Assembly: GCA_963736745.1 (NCBI GenBank)
Contig: CAVTQD010000006.1
Span: forward strand, 18,898-82,897
Direction of reading: 5' to 3'
Source of the DNA: an uncultured Verrucomicrobiae bacterium
GTDB taxonomy: Bacteria > Verrucomicrobiota > Verrucomicrobiia > Chthoniobacterales > JAFAMB01
Length of the DNA stretch: 64,000 nt
In this document: positions 39,527 to 48,589 of the stretch, one piece after another
How positions within the stretch are numbered: position 1 is the first letter of the stretch
How the letters are laid out: the number at the start of each line of letters is the position of its first letter
Made by a program: the position numbers and the translations under genes
Notes under the pieces: model-generated
What the model was told of the DNA's origin: nothing
The model's database searches: none
The model's input: the letters and a program-made list of their open reading frames with translations, nothing else

Positions 39527-40626
39527 GCAGCTCTCCGAATCAACTCTGCGCAAACGGTTGAAAGCTCGCCAGCCAACCGTCTGTTTTCCGAAACGGTCCT
39601 GACCGAAAGGCGGATGAAGCGGCCCTTCGCTAAGCCGCGAAATGAGTCGCATACACGGATCAGCAGACCACAACGTCCGAGCTGCTGATAGAGGCTGAAA
39701 GCGTCGAGCGCCTCGTCCATTAGTTCCACCAGGAGAAAGTTTGCCGCACCAGCGTGCACGCAGATTCCCGGAATTGTACGCAATTGCGCCTCAAACTGCT
39801 GCTTCGAGTCCCGAAGCTCATGCAAAGTTTTCAGGAGCTGCACGTGATGTTCTTTCACCAGGAAATGTTTCGCCCACGCCTGCACCACTGAGTTGATGCT
39901 CCAAGGCGGCTGCATTGTGCGCAGGCGCTCCATCGGTCCGGCCGTGGCAAGGAACCCCGCGCGTAACCCCGGGATCCGCCAGCTCTTCGTGAGCGACCGC
40001 AGCACGATCAAAGAGTGAAATTGCTCCACAATGGGAAGAAGGGTTTCCTCGTCATGGTCTGCAGTGAACTCCATAAACGCTTCGTCGACAATCCAGCGCT
40101 TCGGCCGACTCCACTCCATTTCTAAAAGTTGACGCAGCTCCTTTCGCGACTGAATTGATCCGGTAGGATTGTTCGGATTACCAAGAACAACTACGTCGAA
40201 TGGTTCGACCAGATGCATCCACTTGCCTGCCGGTGCGTGCCATGATTCCCGCGGCAATATGACGTGCACAAGTTCGCAATCAATGGTCGCAAAAGATCGG
40301 CTGTAGTCGCTGAAGCCGGGCTCAATGACCGCAATCCTGCAACCCGCGAACAGCCTGGCCGCCAGGTAGAGTCCTTCGATGGCGCCCGCCGTCGGAAGGA
40401 TGTAGTCGCTGTCCAAGCGGTAAATCTCTGCCAACCGATTTGCAAGCGTTCGCGCATCAGGCTCGGGATACCGGTTGATATCCGCTGCCCTTTGCTCCCA
40501 TTCGACGCCGGAAACGGCAGGGGCGAGCACGTTCAGATTTGAGCTGAAATCAAGAACCGACTCGTACGGCAAACCAAATTCGCGCGCCGCGTCTGACACC
40601 TGACCCCCGTGAAAAGCCTGAGCCAA
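39523..40626 (-). CDS. cobD: Threonine-phosphate decarboxylase (CobD/CobC aminotransferase class I/II)
   Basis: The TTG start at 40626 was chosen 9 nt after aggagg and just after the cobU stop; the listed ORF start at 40722 would overlap cobU. FHGGQV, LDFSSNLN, NPNNPTG, and SLTKSWRIPGLRAGF (PLP lysine context). Confidence 0.8.
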   Translation of the reverse strand: MAQAFHGGQVSDAAREFGLPYESVLDFSSNLNVLAPAVSGVEWEQRAADINRYPEPDARTLANRLAEIYRLDSDYILPTAGAIEGLYLAARLFAGCRIAVIEPGFSDYSRSFATIDCELVHVILPRESWHAPAGKWMHLVEPFDVVVLGNPNNPTGSIQSRKELRQLLEMEWSRPKRWIVDEAFMEFTADHDEETLLPIVEQFHSLIVLRSLTKSWRIPGLRAGFLATAGPMERLRTMQPPWSINSVVQAWAKHFLVKEHHVQLLKTLHELRDSKQQFEAQLRTIPGICVHAGAANFLLVELMDEALDAFSLYQQLGRCGLLIRVCDSFRGLAKGRFIRLSVRTVSENRRLAGELSTVCAELIRRAA

Positions 40627-40628
40627 CG

Positions 40629-41159
40629 CTAACCGCCTCCTTTCAGGATCCAAGGCAAACCCGCGACGATATACTCCACCTTCGTCGCGTGCCGGGCAAT
40701 TAGCTGATTGGCTGATCCACATAAGTCGCGAAAGACCCTCCCGTCCTGCGTTGCAGGCACAACCCCCATTCCGACCTCGTCGCCCACAAGGATTACCGCG
40801 CGTCTAAGTTCGCGCGCTAGCTGAAGGGCCTCCTCAAGATCCGCCAGAATTGGTTCGGGAGCACGCCGCCGCTCCAGTTGGTACGAAAGCCACAGGGTGA
40901 TGCTATCGATCAGCAGCAGGGTATTTTCATTTTCGACAACTTGATTTCGCAGGTCGAAGCGATTCTCCAGCGTACTCCAGTGCTTTGGGCGGCGACTCCG
41001 GTGCTGTGCGATGCGAGTCTGCATTTCTTCGTCCAACAATTCGGTGGCAAAGGTCGCAACAAAACAAACCGGCATCCCGCTGGAAACGGCAAGGGCTTCC
41101 GCATGACAACTTTTCCCGCTGCGGCTGCCGCCTAGGACAAAATGGAGAAAGGAGTTCAC
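40629..41159 (-). CDS. cobU: Adenosylcobinamide kinase / adenosylcobinamide-phosphate guanylyltransferase
   Basis: 176 aa: FVLGGSRSGKSCHAE P-loop, IAQHRSRRPKHWST, LLIDSITLWL, and VGDEVGMGVVP. Confidence 0.9.
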   Translation of the reverse strand: MNSFLHFVLGGSRSGKSCHAEALAVSSGMPVCFVATFATELLDEEMQTRIAQHRSRRPKHWSTLENRFDLRNQVVENENTLLLIDSITLWLSYQLERRRAPEPILADLEEALQLARELRRAVILVGDEVGMGVVPATQDGRVFRDLCGSANQLIARHATKVEYIVAGLPWILKGGG

Positions 41160-41815
41160 AACGCCAGCTCTCGTCGAGGGATCATCATGCCTGCGAAAAG
41201 ATCAACTGGCCTCCAATGGTCACCATCCCAGCAAAAGCTGGTATGACTGCCGTAGGGCACCTCCAGCTCAAATGATTTTCGAAGAGGTCGGTCGCAAAAG
41301 GCAGACACTGCCGCACGAATAACACCTGCATGAGTGACGACAAGATAATGTGGCCCGGGTGTCTCGCCCCGGCCTGCTTGCGGCACGCCCGTGTCAGACT
41401 TTGGCCCGACAATCTTGCTCTTCACCGTCATCAGCACCCGCGCTTGCAGTTGCATAAACGACTCCCCGGCGGGCGGAGTGACCGTATCGAAATTGGCTAA
41501 CCATTCGTTGAGTACTTGAGGTTCTCTGGCCTGAATATCACTCCAGCTTCGGTTCTCCCAAGTTCCAAAGCTCACTTCCCGCCAGCCCATGTCCGGTTCC
41601 GCCAGAAGACCGAGCCGGGCTGCGATTGCTTCGGCGAGGGGCTGACATCGATTCAAATCGCTGCACAGGATTTTGTCCGGCTTTAAGCGGCAAGCTTCCT
41701 CCGCAAGCGGCAGAAGGGCCGCCCGACCTTCCGGCGAGAGCTCGACGTCGGTTTGCCCAATACACCGTTCATTTCCTGCCTCGATTTGGGGATGGCGCAT
41801 GAATGTTAGAGTCAT
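41156..41815 (-). CDS. cobC: Alpha-ribazole phosphatase (histidine phosphatase family)
   Basis: Start moved to MTLTFMRHPQ at 41815. RHP...G catalytic motif, and VVTHAGVIRA (second His). It sits between cobS and cobU. Confidence 0.8.
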   Translation of the reverse strand: MTLTFMRHPQIEAGNERCIGQTDVELSPEGRAALLPLAEEACRLKPDKILCSDLNRCQPLAEAIAARLGLLAEPDMGWREVSFGTWENRSWSDIQAREPQVLNEWLANFDTVTPPAGESFMQLQARVLMTVKSKIVGPKSDTGVPQAGRGETPGPHYLVVTHAGVIRAAVSAFCDRPLRKSFELEVPYGSHTSFCWDGDHWRPVDLFAGMMIPRRELAL

Positions 41816-41820
41816 TTGTC

Positions 41821-42621
41821 TCAAGCGGTAGTTGCCGGCAGTTTCACCACCAGTGATAGATAACAACCGAGTTCGACGAGTTGATTCGCCGCGCCCAGAC
41901 AATCGCCAGTGATTCCTCCTATTTTCTTCTGAAAATAGACACCCGCGGCCCATGTTGCGACCACTGCGATGGTAAGGGGCAGAACGGCTTTGTTTCCCAG
42001 CAGAGCGATCGATAGGAGAAGCGGAGCGAAGAGCGAAATAATAAACTCTTTGTGCGTTACGGTGTTCCCGAACGGGCTCGCTTTTGACTCTTCACTTCGG
42101 ACGTACCGATGACTGAAAAGTAGCGCTACCGTCGCCGCACGGCCGAGTCCGTGTGCGACAACCAGCGCAAAGACCGCCGGAAAAACCCCTTTCTCCAGGA
42201 GCGCCGTCAGGAGAAACAACTTCGCCGTCAGCGAGAACCAGAGCACCACTGCTCCGTAGCTGCCGAGCCGGCTATCCCTCATTATCTCAAGACGCCGCTT
42301 CGGCTCGAATCCTCCAATTAACCCATCTGCAGCGTCGGCCAAGCCATCTTCATGAAGCGCTCCCGTGACGGCAATTGTTACACCCATACACAAAAGCACC
42401 GCCAACACCGGCGGAACGAGTCGCTCCGCACAAAAAAGCACCAGTCCGCCCAGCAATCCGATGATCAGACCGACACTCGGGAAATAAATGATCGAGCGGG
42501 GCAAATCCTCCGCTCGGAACACGTATTGTTTTCCAACCGGAATGCGGGTCAGGAACATCAGCGCACCAAGGAAAATGTTCATCTGATGCCGAATACTGGT
42601 TATTAAGGATTGGCCGTTCAT
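41821..42621 (-). CDS. cobS: Adenosylcobinamide-GDP ribazoletransferase (cobalamin synthase)
   Basis: Start moved to MNGQSL at 42621. FLTRIPV, ALHEDGLADAADG, and GGITGDCLGA in a polytopic membrane protein. Confidence 0.9.
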   Translation of the reverse strand: MNGQSLITSIRHQMNIFLGALMFLTRIPVGKQYVFRAEDLPRSIIYFPSVGLIIGLLGGLVLFCAERLVPPVLAVLLCMGVTIAVTGALHEDGLADAADGLIGGFEPKRRLEIMRDSRLGSYGAVVLWFSLTAKLFLLTALLEKGVFPAVFALVVAHGLGRAATVALLFSHRYVRSEESKASPFGNTVTHKEFIISLFAPLLLSIALLGNKAVLPLTIAVVATWAAGVYFQKKIGGITGDCLGAANQLVELGCYLSLVVKLPATTA

Positions 42622-42626
42622 CGATG

Positions 42627-43673
42627 TTATTTCGTCCCTTCGTTCACGCCTGAAACGCCGGCTGATTCGAAAGTAGCCATCTCGCATAAAATCTTTGCGG
42701 CAGCCTCAAGTATTGGCATCGCCAAGGCGGCGCCTGTTCCTTCCCCCAAACGCATTTTAAGATCGAGAAGAGGTTCGACCCTCAAAGCCTCAAGCGCCTT
42801 CCCATGCGCCCGTTCACCTGAACGATGGCTGAAAAAGCAGATTTCGCGAGAGCTCTGGTCGATATTGAAAGCGACAGCGGCAGCGGCCGTCGCAATAAAA
42901 CCATCCACAACAACCGGCAAGCGAGCTTTGGCCGCCTCCAGGAGAGTGCCCGTCATTGCTGCAATTTCGAACCCGCCGACAACTCGCAGCCAGTAAAGTC
43001 CCGCCGGTTCGCAGCAGAACGGAGAGTATCTCTCGAAAGCTCCGGCAACCACTTCGATCTTGTGTTGAAGTGTTACATCACCAATGCCGGTACCCCGTCC
43101 AACAGCTTCTTCCGCCTTGAGACCACACAAGGCAACGAGCAACGCCGAGGCAGTTGTTGTATTGCCGATGCCCATCTCCCCGATACCGAGAAGATCAATT
43201 CCGTCGTCCAGAGCATATCGAACTTGCTCGCGCCCGATCTCTAGTGCTTGTTGGCACTCGATCTGGTCCATCGCGGGTTCGCGAAAAAAATTCGAAGTCC
43301 CTCGCCGGACGGAGCGAAAATAAAATTTCGGCTCGTTCAAGAGAATATCAGGCCAGTCGGCATCAACCCCTGCATCGACGATATGAATGTCAATCCCGCC
43401 GTGGCGGCCCAATACATTGATCGCGGCGCCTCCGCTAAGGAAATTCAACACCATCTGAGCGGTCACTTCGCTCGGGTAAGCGCTGACACCTTCCGAGGTA
43501 ATGCCGTGAGTACCGGCGTAAACACAGATTCTCTTACGAGTGAGCTTCGGCTCCAGGGTCTGCTGCAGATCAGCCAGGCGCACCGCAACGGCCTCGAGGA
43601 CACCAAGCGAACCGGGAGGTTTGGTCTTCCGGTTCATCTTGTCCAATGCCGAGGCGGAAATATCTGTCTTCAT
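42627..43673 (-). CDS. cobT: Nicotinate-nucleotide--dimethylbenzimidazole phosphoribosyltransferase
   Basis: Start moved to MKTDISAS at 43673. KTKPPGSLGVLE, GIGEMGIGNTT, and MRLGEGTGAALA. Confidence 0.9.
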   Translation of the reverse strand: MKTDISASALDKMNRKTKPPGSLGVLEAVAVRLADLQQTLEPKLTRKRICVYAGTHGITSEGVSAYPSEVTAQMVLNFLSGGAAINVLGRHGGIDIHIVDAGVDADWPDILLNEPKFYFRSVRRGTSNFFREPAMDQIECQQALEIGREQVRYALDDGIDLLGIGEMGIGNTTTASALLVALCGLKAEEAVGRGTGIGDVTLQHKIEVVAGAFERYSPFCCEPAGLYWLRVVGGFEIAAMTGTLLEAAKARLPVVVDGFIATAAAAVAFNIDQSSREICFFSHRSGERAHGKALEALRVEPLLDLKMRLGEGTGAALAMPILEAAAKILCEMATFESAGVSGVNEGTK

Positions 43674-43746
43674 TCCTTGCGATGAAGTTTTCTCGCAATC
43701 CAGCCAACTCCGGATACGCAGAGAAAAACCCCGCGGCCAAGTATTC

Positions 43747-43906
43747 GGACTCCAGGTTCTGCCTCCAGAGGAGGACACCTTTGCTCCAGCCTTCACCAAC
43801 CGGTTGGTTGATTGGCTTTGCCCGAAAAAATTTCTTTTCGGGCGGAGAATCGTAACCTGATACCGCAGCGCAACTGTGACCGGTTTTCACGGTCTTCCAT
43901 GAATCC
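43747..43906 (-). promoter_or_regulatory. Cobalamin riboswitch aptamer in the cob operon leader
   Basis: The minus-strand RNA GGAUUCAUGGAAGACCGUGAAAACCGGUCACAGUUGCGCUGCGGUAUCAGG parallels the E. coli btuB core (GGGAAUCCAGUGCGAAUCUGGAGCUGACGCGCAGCGGUAAGG) as I remember it. Downstream come CGGGCAAAGCC and a B12-box-like AGGCAGAACCUGGA. GGAUUC (43901-43906) can pair with GAGUCC (43747-43752) as P1. It lies 74 nt upstream of the cobT ATG. Confidence 0.65.
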
Positions 43907-44101
43907 GCAGGTGTCTTCTAGGTTATTGATTCTGTCGAAAGAGGCGGTGACTCGACCAGCACTTGGAGAGCAGTTGCTCGCAGCTCCCATAGGTGTTGCA
44001 AGCAAAACCTCTCCAGTAGACTTTGAAGACAACCTCCCTTCAGAGTTCCCTGGACGGGGAGCGCTTTTCAGCAGAATCAACATGTCAAAAAACTAGCCAG
44101 C

Positions 44102-45010
44102 ATGGGAACACAGAACGATCCGAGTGTCAACGTCGGGGCCCAAAAAAGATGGGTCACCGGGAAGGTCGGTGAATGGCTTCAAGGAGTTGACAACGAAGGA
44201 GCTCCGATAGTTTACGCTCTGGCTGTAGGCTCATCACCGTTCCGGACACTGACATCGGTCGAGCCTGCCAAAACGCTTGCGGTGTTGATAAATCCGGATG
44301 CACCCGCCGAGAGTGCAAAGGTACAAAAGGCGATAAAGGAATTGGCTTCCAGCTATGGGTTCATTGGCGACTGCACCTATCGCATCACGATCAGCGGCTC
44401 GCCACCGCGCGGGAAAGGCCTGGGTTCGAGCAGTATCGACGTCGCTTCCGCGTTACTCGCTATCAACCACCAACGTGGCTTGCGGATCTCCGCTCCGGAC
44501 TTATTTAAGCTGATGTGCCGGGTGGAACGATCGGATTATCTCTTCCACCCGGAACTAATCGTGGCTGCAAATCCAAGTGACGGAAGCTCTTCGGTTGTCG
44601 CCCGGGCACCAAAATGCCTTGTTCTTGCCTGGGATACCGATCCAAGGGCAGCAGTAAAAACCGAAGCAGTCCTGTATCTGGACATTGCCCGTCGATCTTT
44701 CAGCAAAGAGTACCACGAACTCTCTGGCATGATAAAAAGCGGAGAAACAGAGAGGCTGCTTCACGCAGCCACCCGAAGCGCAGAATTAAATGATCGCATT
44801 CTTCCGAAAAGAGGGTTCTCCACGGCGCAGAAACTGGTGAACGAGCTGCGCACTGTAGGTCTGATCGCTGCGCATACTGGAACAATCCTCGGCTTCGTCC
44901 TGCCGGAACCGGTCGACAGGGACCTGCAAAGATACATTTGGGATTTCATACTCGAGCAGTATTCGGCTACACCCATGGTCTTCGAAGTGGGCACACCTCC
45001 CGCGCCCTAG
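44102..45010 (+). CDS. pduX: GHMP-family kinase, PduX-like L-threonine kinase candidate
   Basis: 302 aa: GKVGEWLQG near the N-terminus and PPRGKGLGSSSIDVASALLA (GHMP motif II), similar to Salmonella PduX as I recall it. It is divergent from the cob operon, which contains the enzyme that uses threonine phosphate (cobD). Confidence 0.65.
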   Translation: MGTQNDPSVNVGAQKRWVTGKVGEWLQGVDNEGAPIVYALAVGSSPFRTLTSVEPAKTLAVLINPDAPAESAKVQKAIKELASSYGFIGDCTYRITISGSPPRGKGLGSSSIDVASALLAINHQRGLRISAPDLFKLMCRVERSDYLFHPELIVAANPSDGSSSVVARAPKCLVLAWDTDPRAAVKTEAVLYLDIARRSFSKEYHELSGMIKSGETERLLHAATRSAELNDRILPKRGFSTAQKLVNELRTVGLIAAHTGTILGFVLPEPVDRDLQRYIWDFILEQYSATPMVFEVGTPPAP

Positions 45011-45099
45011 TGTCCCGCAATTCTGGACGTGCTCCAGCGTGAACACCTGATGGGTTATTATTTTCGGTAACTACTAGGAAAGCAGGTTGACTTATTACA

Positions 45100-45885
45100 A
45101 TGAGCAGACTCAAAGACAAGATTGCGATCGTGACAGGTGCGGGCGACGGCATCGGCCGCGGAATCGCTTTGGCATTCGCGAACCAAGGAGCGAAACTTGC
45201 CGTTTGCGATTTGAACAACGCGGCAGTTCTGGAGACGGCGGCGATTGTGCGCGAGACGGGCGCGGAGGTCATCGCGAAACAGATCGATGTCCGGAACCCC
45301 GCGGAAATTGAGTCGTTCGTATCGGTGGTTAAAGATCGGTTCGATCGGATCGATTGCCTGGTCAACAATGCTGCTGTCATGCCGATTGCGTCCGCAGACT
45401 CGATCGAGCCGGATACAATCGACTTGATTCTGCAGGTTAACTTGCGAGCACCTATCCTTTTCTCTCGCTTTGTTATTCCCTCGATGCGCGAGGTCGGAGG
45501 CGGCTCGATTATTCACATGGCGAGCGTAACCGGTCACAACGGACACCCTGGCATCTCCGTCTATGGAGCAAGCAAAGGCGCCCTGATTGCGTTAGCGCGC
45601 GGACAGGCGATCGAACTCGCGAAAAGTAACATCCGGGTTAATACGGTCTCCCCCGGCACTGTCGATTCACCGATGCTCCACCGATTCCTGCTGGAAAATG
45701 CTTCGGACTTCGAGAAGGCCAGATTAGCATTCGACCGGATGCACCCAAGGGGAAAGGTCGCTTCGATTGAGGAAGTCGCTGCAGTGTTTGTCTTCCTGGC
45801 GAGCGACGAAGCAGCAAACATCACAGCAACCGACATTCGCTGCGACGGCGGTTATGCCGTTCAAGGCCAGCAGCCTACTACCTGA
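45100..45885 (+). CDS. SDR-family oxidoreductase (FabG-like)
   Basis: 261 aa: TGAGDGIGRG, NNAAV, the S...YGASKGA catalytic triad context, and PGTVDSPM. Confidence 0.9.
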   Translation: MSRLKDKIAIVTGAGDGIGRGIALAFANQGAKLAVCDLNNAAVLETAAIVRETGAEVIAKQIDVRNPAEIESFVSVVKDRFDRIDCLVNNAAVMPIASADSIEPDTIDLILQVNLRAPILFSRFVIPSMREVGGGSIIHMASVTGHNGHPGISVYGASKGALIALARGQAIELAKSNIRVNTVSPGTVDSPMLHRFLLENASDFEKARLAFDRMHPRGKVASIEEVAAVFVFLASDEAANITATDIRCDGGYAVQGQQPTT

Positions 45886-45929
45886 TGAATTATGGGAGAG
45901 TTATTTGCGAGATTCCGAGAGAATAATCT

Positions 45930-48013
45930 TCAGGCGCCGTGTATCATCGTCCGGTACTCGATCAGCGCTTTTGCCCACTCCGGGTTCATTCTTTCGGCCG
46001 GCGTTTTCCAGATCAGGGTGTGCAGATAAGCCAAGGTCGGGCCATCGGCTAGTAAAGCGCGCCTCTCTTGAGCGCTTAGGACACCGGGGCCTCCTTCGAA
46101 AAGTCTAGCCGCCAGCGCCGCACCGTAGTCATCCTCTTCGGACGAATTTGTCGCTCGTTCGCGCTGAAGCGAAACATGTACCGCATTATAGAAAGGATCG
46201 AGCACGGCGTGAACAAATTGATCCCCATCGCGAAGCTGCAGCTCGAATCTCAAGGATATCTCTGTCGGCGGCCGGATCTCCTCCGGGGTTAGGAACAGTC
46301 GGCGGAACAAATAAGTGTCCCCGCTGACCTTGGCCACCGGGATAGCCAGCAAGAGCCCGACTAGCAACGGCGAAAGCCAAGCCAGATAGGTCGGTGAAAT
46401 CGACCAGGCCAGCGCAGCCAGGCCGGCGCCAACCAGTGGCAGCGGCCAATACTCTCGCACGATATCAAGCCAGCGCGGGCCCGCGTTCCCGCCGCGTGTC
46501 TGGGTATTCCAGATCACCGTTTTGCCCTCAATATTCCTCAGGACAAACCGGGTGTGGAACCAGATCAGGACAGGAGCCGTCAATACCGAAAAAAGTGTTT
46601 CCAAGACCACTCCCGCCAGTACCCGCATCGGGCCGCCAAAGTTGGCGAGCTCCCGAGGCCGCGAAAAAAGATGCATCACACTGAGCACCTTTGGGCCAAA
46701 TAGCAACGCCGCCGTCATCACCAAAAGCACGCCCGCAGAGGCGCTGGGGAATGTCCCAACCTGTCCACGGAACCGGTCTATCCCGGCCTGCATCGCTCCC
46801 ATAAGCACAAAGAGAACCAATAACGGAGCCGACACATAGGCCAGGATTCCCTGGATCAGGTGTATGCGGCTGATGGGTTGGATGCCCCGGGCCAATAAAA
46901 ACCATATGTGCTGCAGGTTGCCCTGACACCAGCGACGATCTCGCTTCACGTACTCGGTAAGATTTGGGGGCAATTCTTCGTAACTGCCGTCCAGATCATA
47001 AGCAAACCAGACCTGCCATCCGGCATCGAGCATCAGCGCCGCCTCAACGAAGTCATGGCTTAGTATCTTTCCGCCGATCGGTGCTTTTCCGGGCAGAACA
47101 GGAAGTCCGCAGCTGGCTAAGAACGGTGAAACCCGAATGATGGCATTGTGACCCCAGTAGTTCCCTACTCCCTGCTGCCAGAAATTCAGGCCGGCAGCAA
47201 AAACCGGGGCGTAAAGACGCGAGGCGAATTGCTGGATCCGACCAAACACGGTTTCAGACTTTATCAGTCTGGGCATGGTTTGGATGATCCCGGCCATGGG
47301 ATTAGCTTCCATTAATCGGACCAGTGATGAAACTGCTCGCCCGGTCATCACGCTGTCGGCGTCCAGGACGACCATATAACGGTATCGATGACCCCAATGG
47401 CGGCAAAAGTCGGCGATATTTCCGCTTTTGCGGTTTACCGGGAGTTTACGCCGGCGATAGTGAATTTTACCAAACCCGTTGGTCTGGCGGCAGAGGTCGG
47501 CCCAGGCCATCCCCTCCTCCGAGGCCTTGGCCGGGTCCGTCGAGTCGCTCAAGATAAAGAAGTCATACGAGCGCCAGCTCTTCTCGCTCCTGGAGCGAAT
47601 CGTGCACCGCCCGAATGTTCCCAAAAACGGTCTGCGTATCCTCGTTGTAGACCGGCATCACCACCGCCGTGGCGGCCAGAGGCACGTCTATTATCGAGAG
47701 TATTTGTGATCTTTAAGGGCTCGTGTCCCTCCGCCAGAACCAAAAAGCCGAGAAAGGCCTGAGTAAATCCGAATGACAAAGAAGTGAACAAGAGAGCAAA
47801 CAATCCCATCTCCGCAATCTTTAAGGGCGTCCATCCGCCGACGCCGACAACATCGAGCATCAACCAGAACCCCAGTAAAGAAATACCGAATGTCACCAGC
47901 GCAACCGCCCATCTCCGTCGCCTCACCTTTATTCGAAAAGCGCCTTCGAAAGCCGCCGAACCGAGTGGCTCCATCAACTTTTCATTTCTGTGATTAATGT
48001 CCATTATTGCCAT
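45930..48013 (-). pseudogene. opgH: Glucans biosynthesis glucosyltransferase OpgH/MdoH, two frame changes near the N-terminus
   Basis: ORF 47549..48013 (N-terminal TM region) joins the unlisted piece VPLAATAVVMPVYNEDTQTVFGNIRAVHDSLQERE and then ORF 45930..47624 (SWRSYDFFILSDSTDP, VLDADS, QRDRRWCQGNLQH). The shifts are near 47687 and near 47580 (gaag where gaaaag would restore the frame). Confidence 0.85.
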
Positions 48014-48168
48014 ACCGAAATAGTGTCACGACCTCACTACGGACCTTATTACGGTGCCGCCCGACGACCTGCATCGAGTCTAAGCCATCTTCAACGTCAT
48101 CGGAACGGATTTCGCAAGGCACAAAACGATCCTCTGGCCGAACCGGAAGGCATGATTTACTCTCAAAC

Positions 48169-48578
48169 ATGGTGAACGAACGAATTCAGGCGCTCGCCCC
48201 GGACCTGACGCGAGCTGCTCCGCGCAGTGCTCGGGCTCCGCTCGGACCGTACCGTGCTATTGCCGCACGTGCGGTAGACAAATGCAGAGCTGAACTTGCG
48301 GGCGCGCTGGAGCGTATCATTACAACTGTCCGCTGGACCGCGCATTTTTCGCATTCACTGGGATTGATGCTGCTGAGTTCAAACAATTCGTCGCGACAGG
48401 TGCGAGCGACGAGGAAGTCATCGGCTGGATCGCAGAAAAGTCGCGCGTTCACGACTCCAGACGTGTTGCCCTGTGGGGCCGATTGTTTCGACTTAATCCG
48501 CTAAACTGGTTGCTGGATTTTGACGATTGGCTTCACGTTCGCCGGAACGTCAGGCAGCGCGGTCTGGATGGCCGTTAA
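48169..48578 (+). pseudogene. DUF5069-like small protein, one frameshift
   Basis: MVNERIQALAPDLTRAAPRSARAPLGPYRAIAARAVDKCRAELAG continues in another frame as YHYNCPLDRAFFAFTGIDAAEFKQFVATGASDEEVIGWI...DDWLHVRR. The shift is near 48313. The family assignment is from memory. Confidence 0.55.
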
Positions 48579-48589
48579 GGATGAGAAGT

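Noticed and set aside
44070-44092. TTGACA on the minus strand as the -35 box of the cob promoter
   Set aside because: There is no acceptable -10 hexamer at 16-18 bp spacing (agcgct follows). The promoter consensus of this organism is unknown.
43812-44096. A 94-aa plus-strand ORF and overlapping minus-strand ORFs in the cobT-pduX spacer
   Set aside because: They lie over the riboswitch leader, have no family resemblance, and have mutually overlapping frames. The region is better explained as regulatory RNA.
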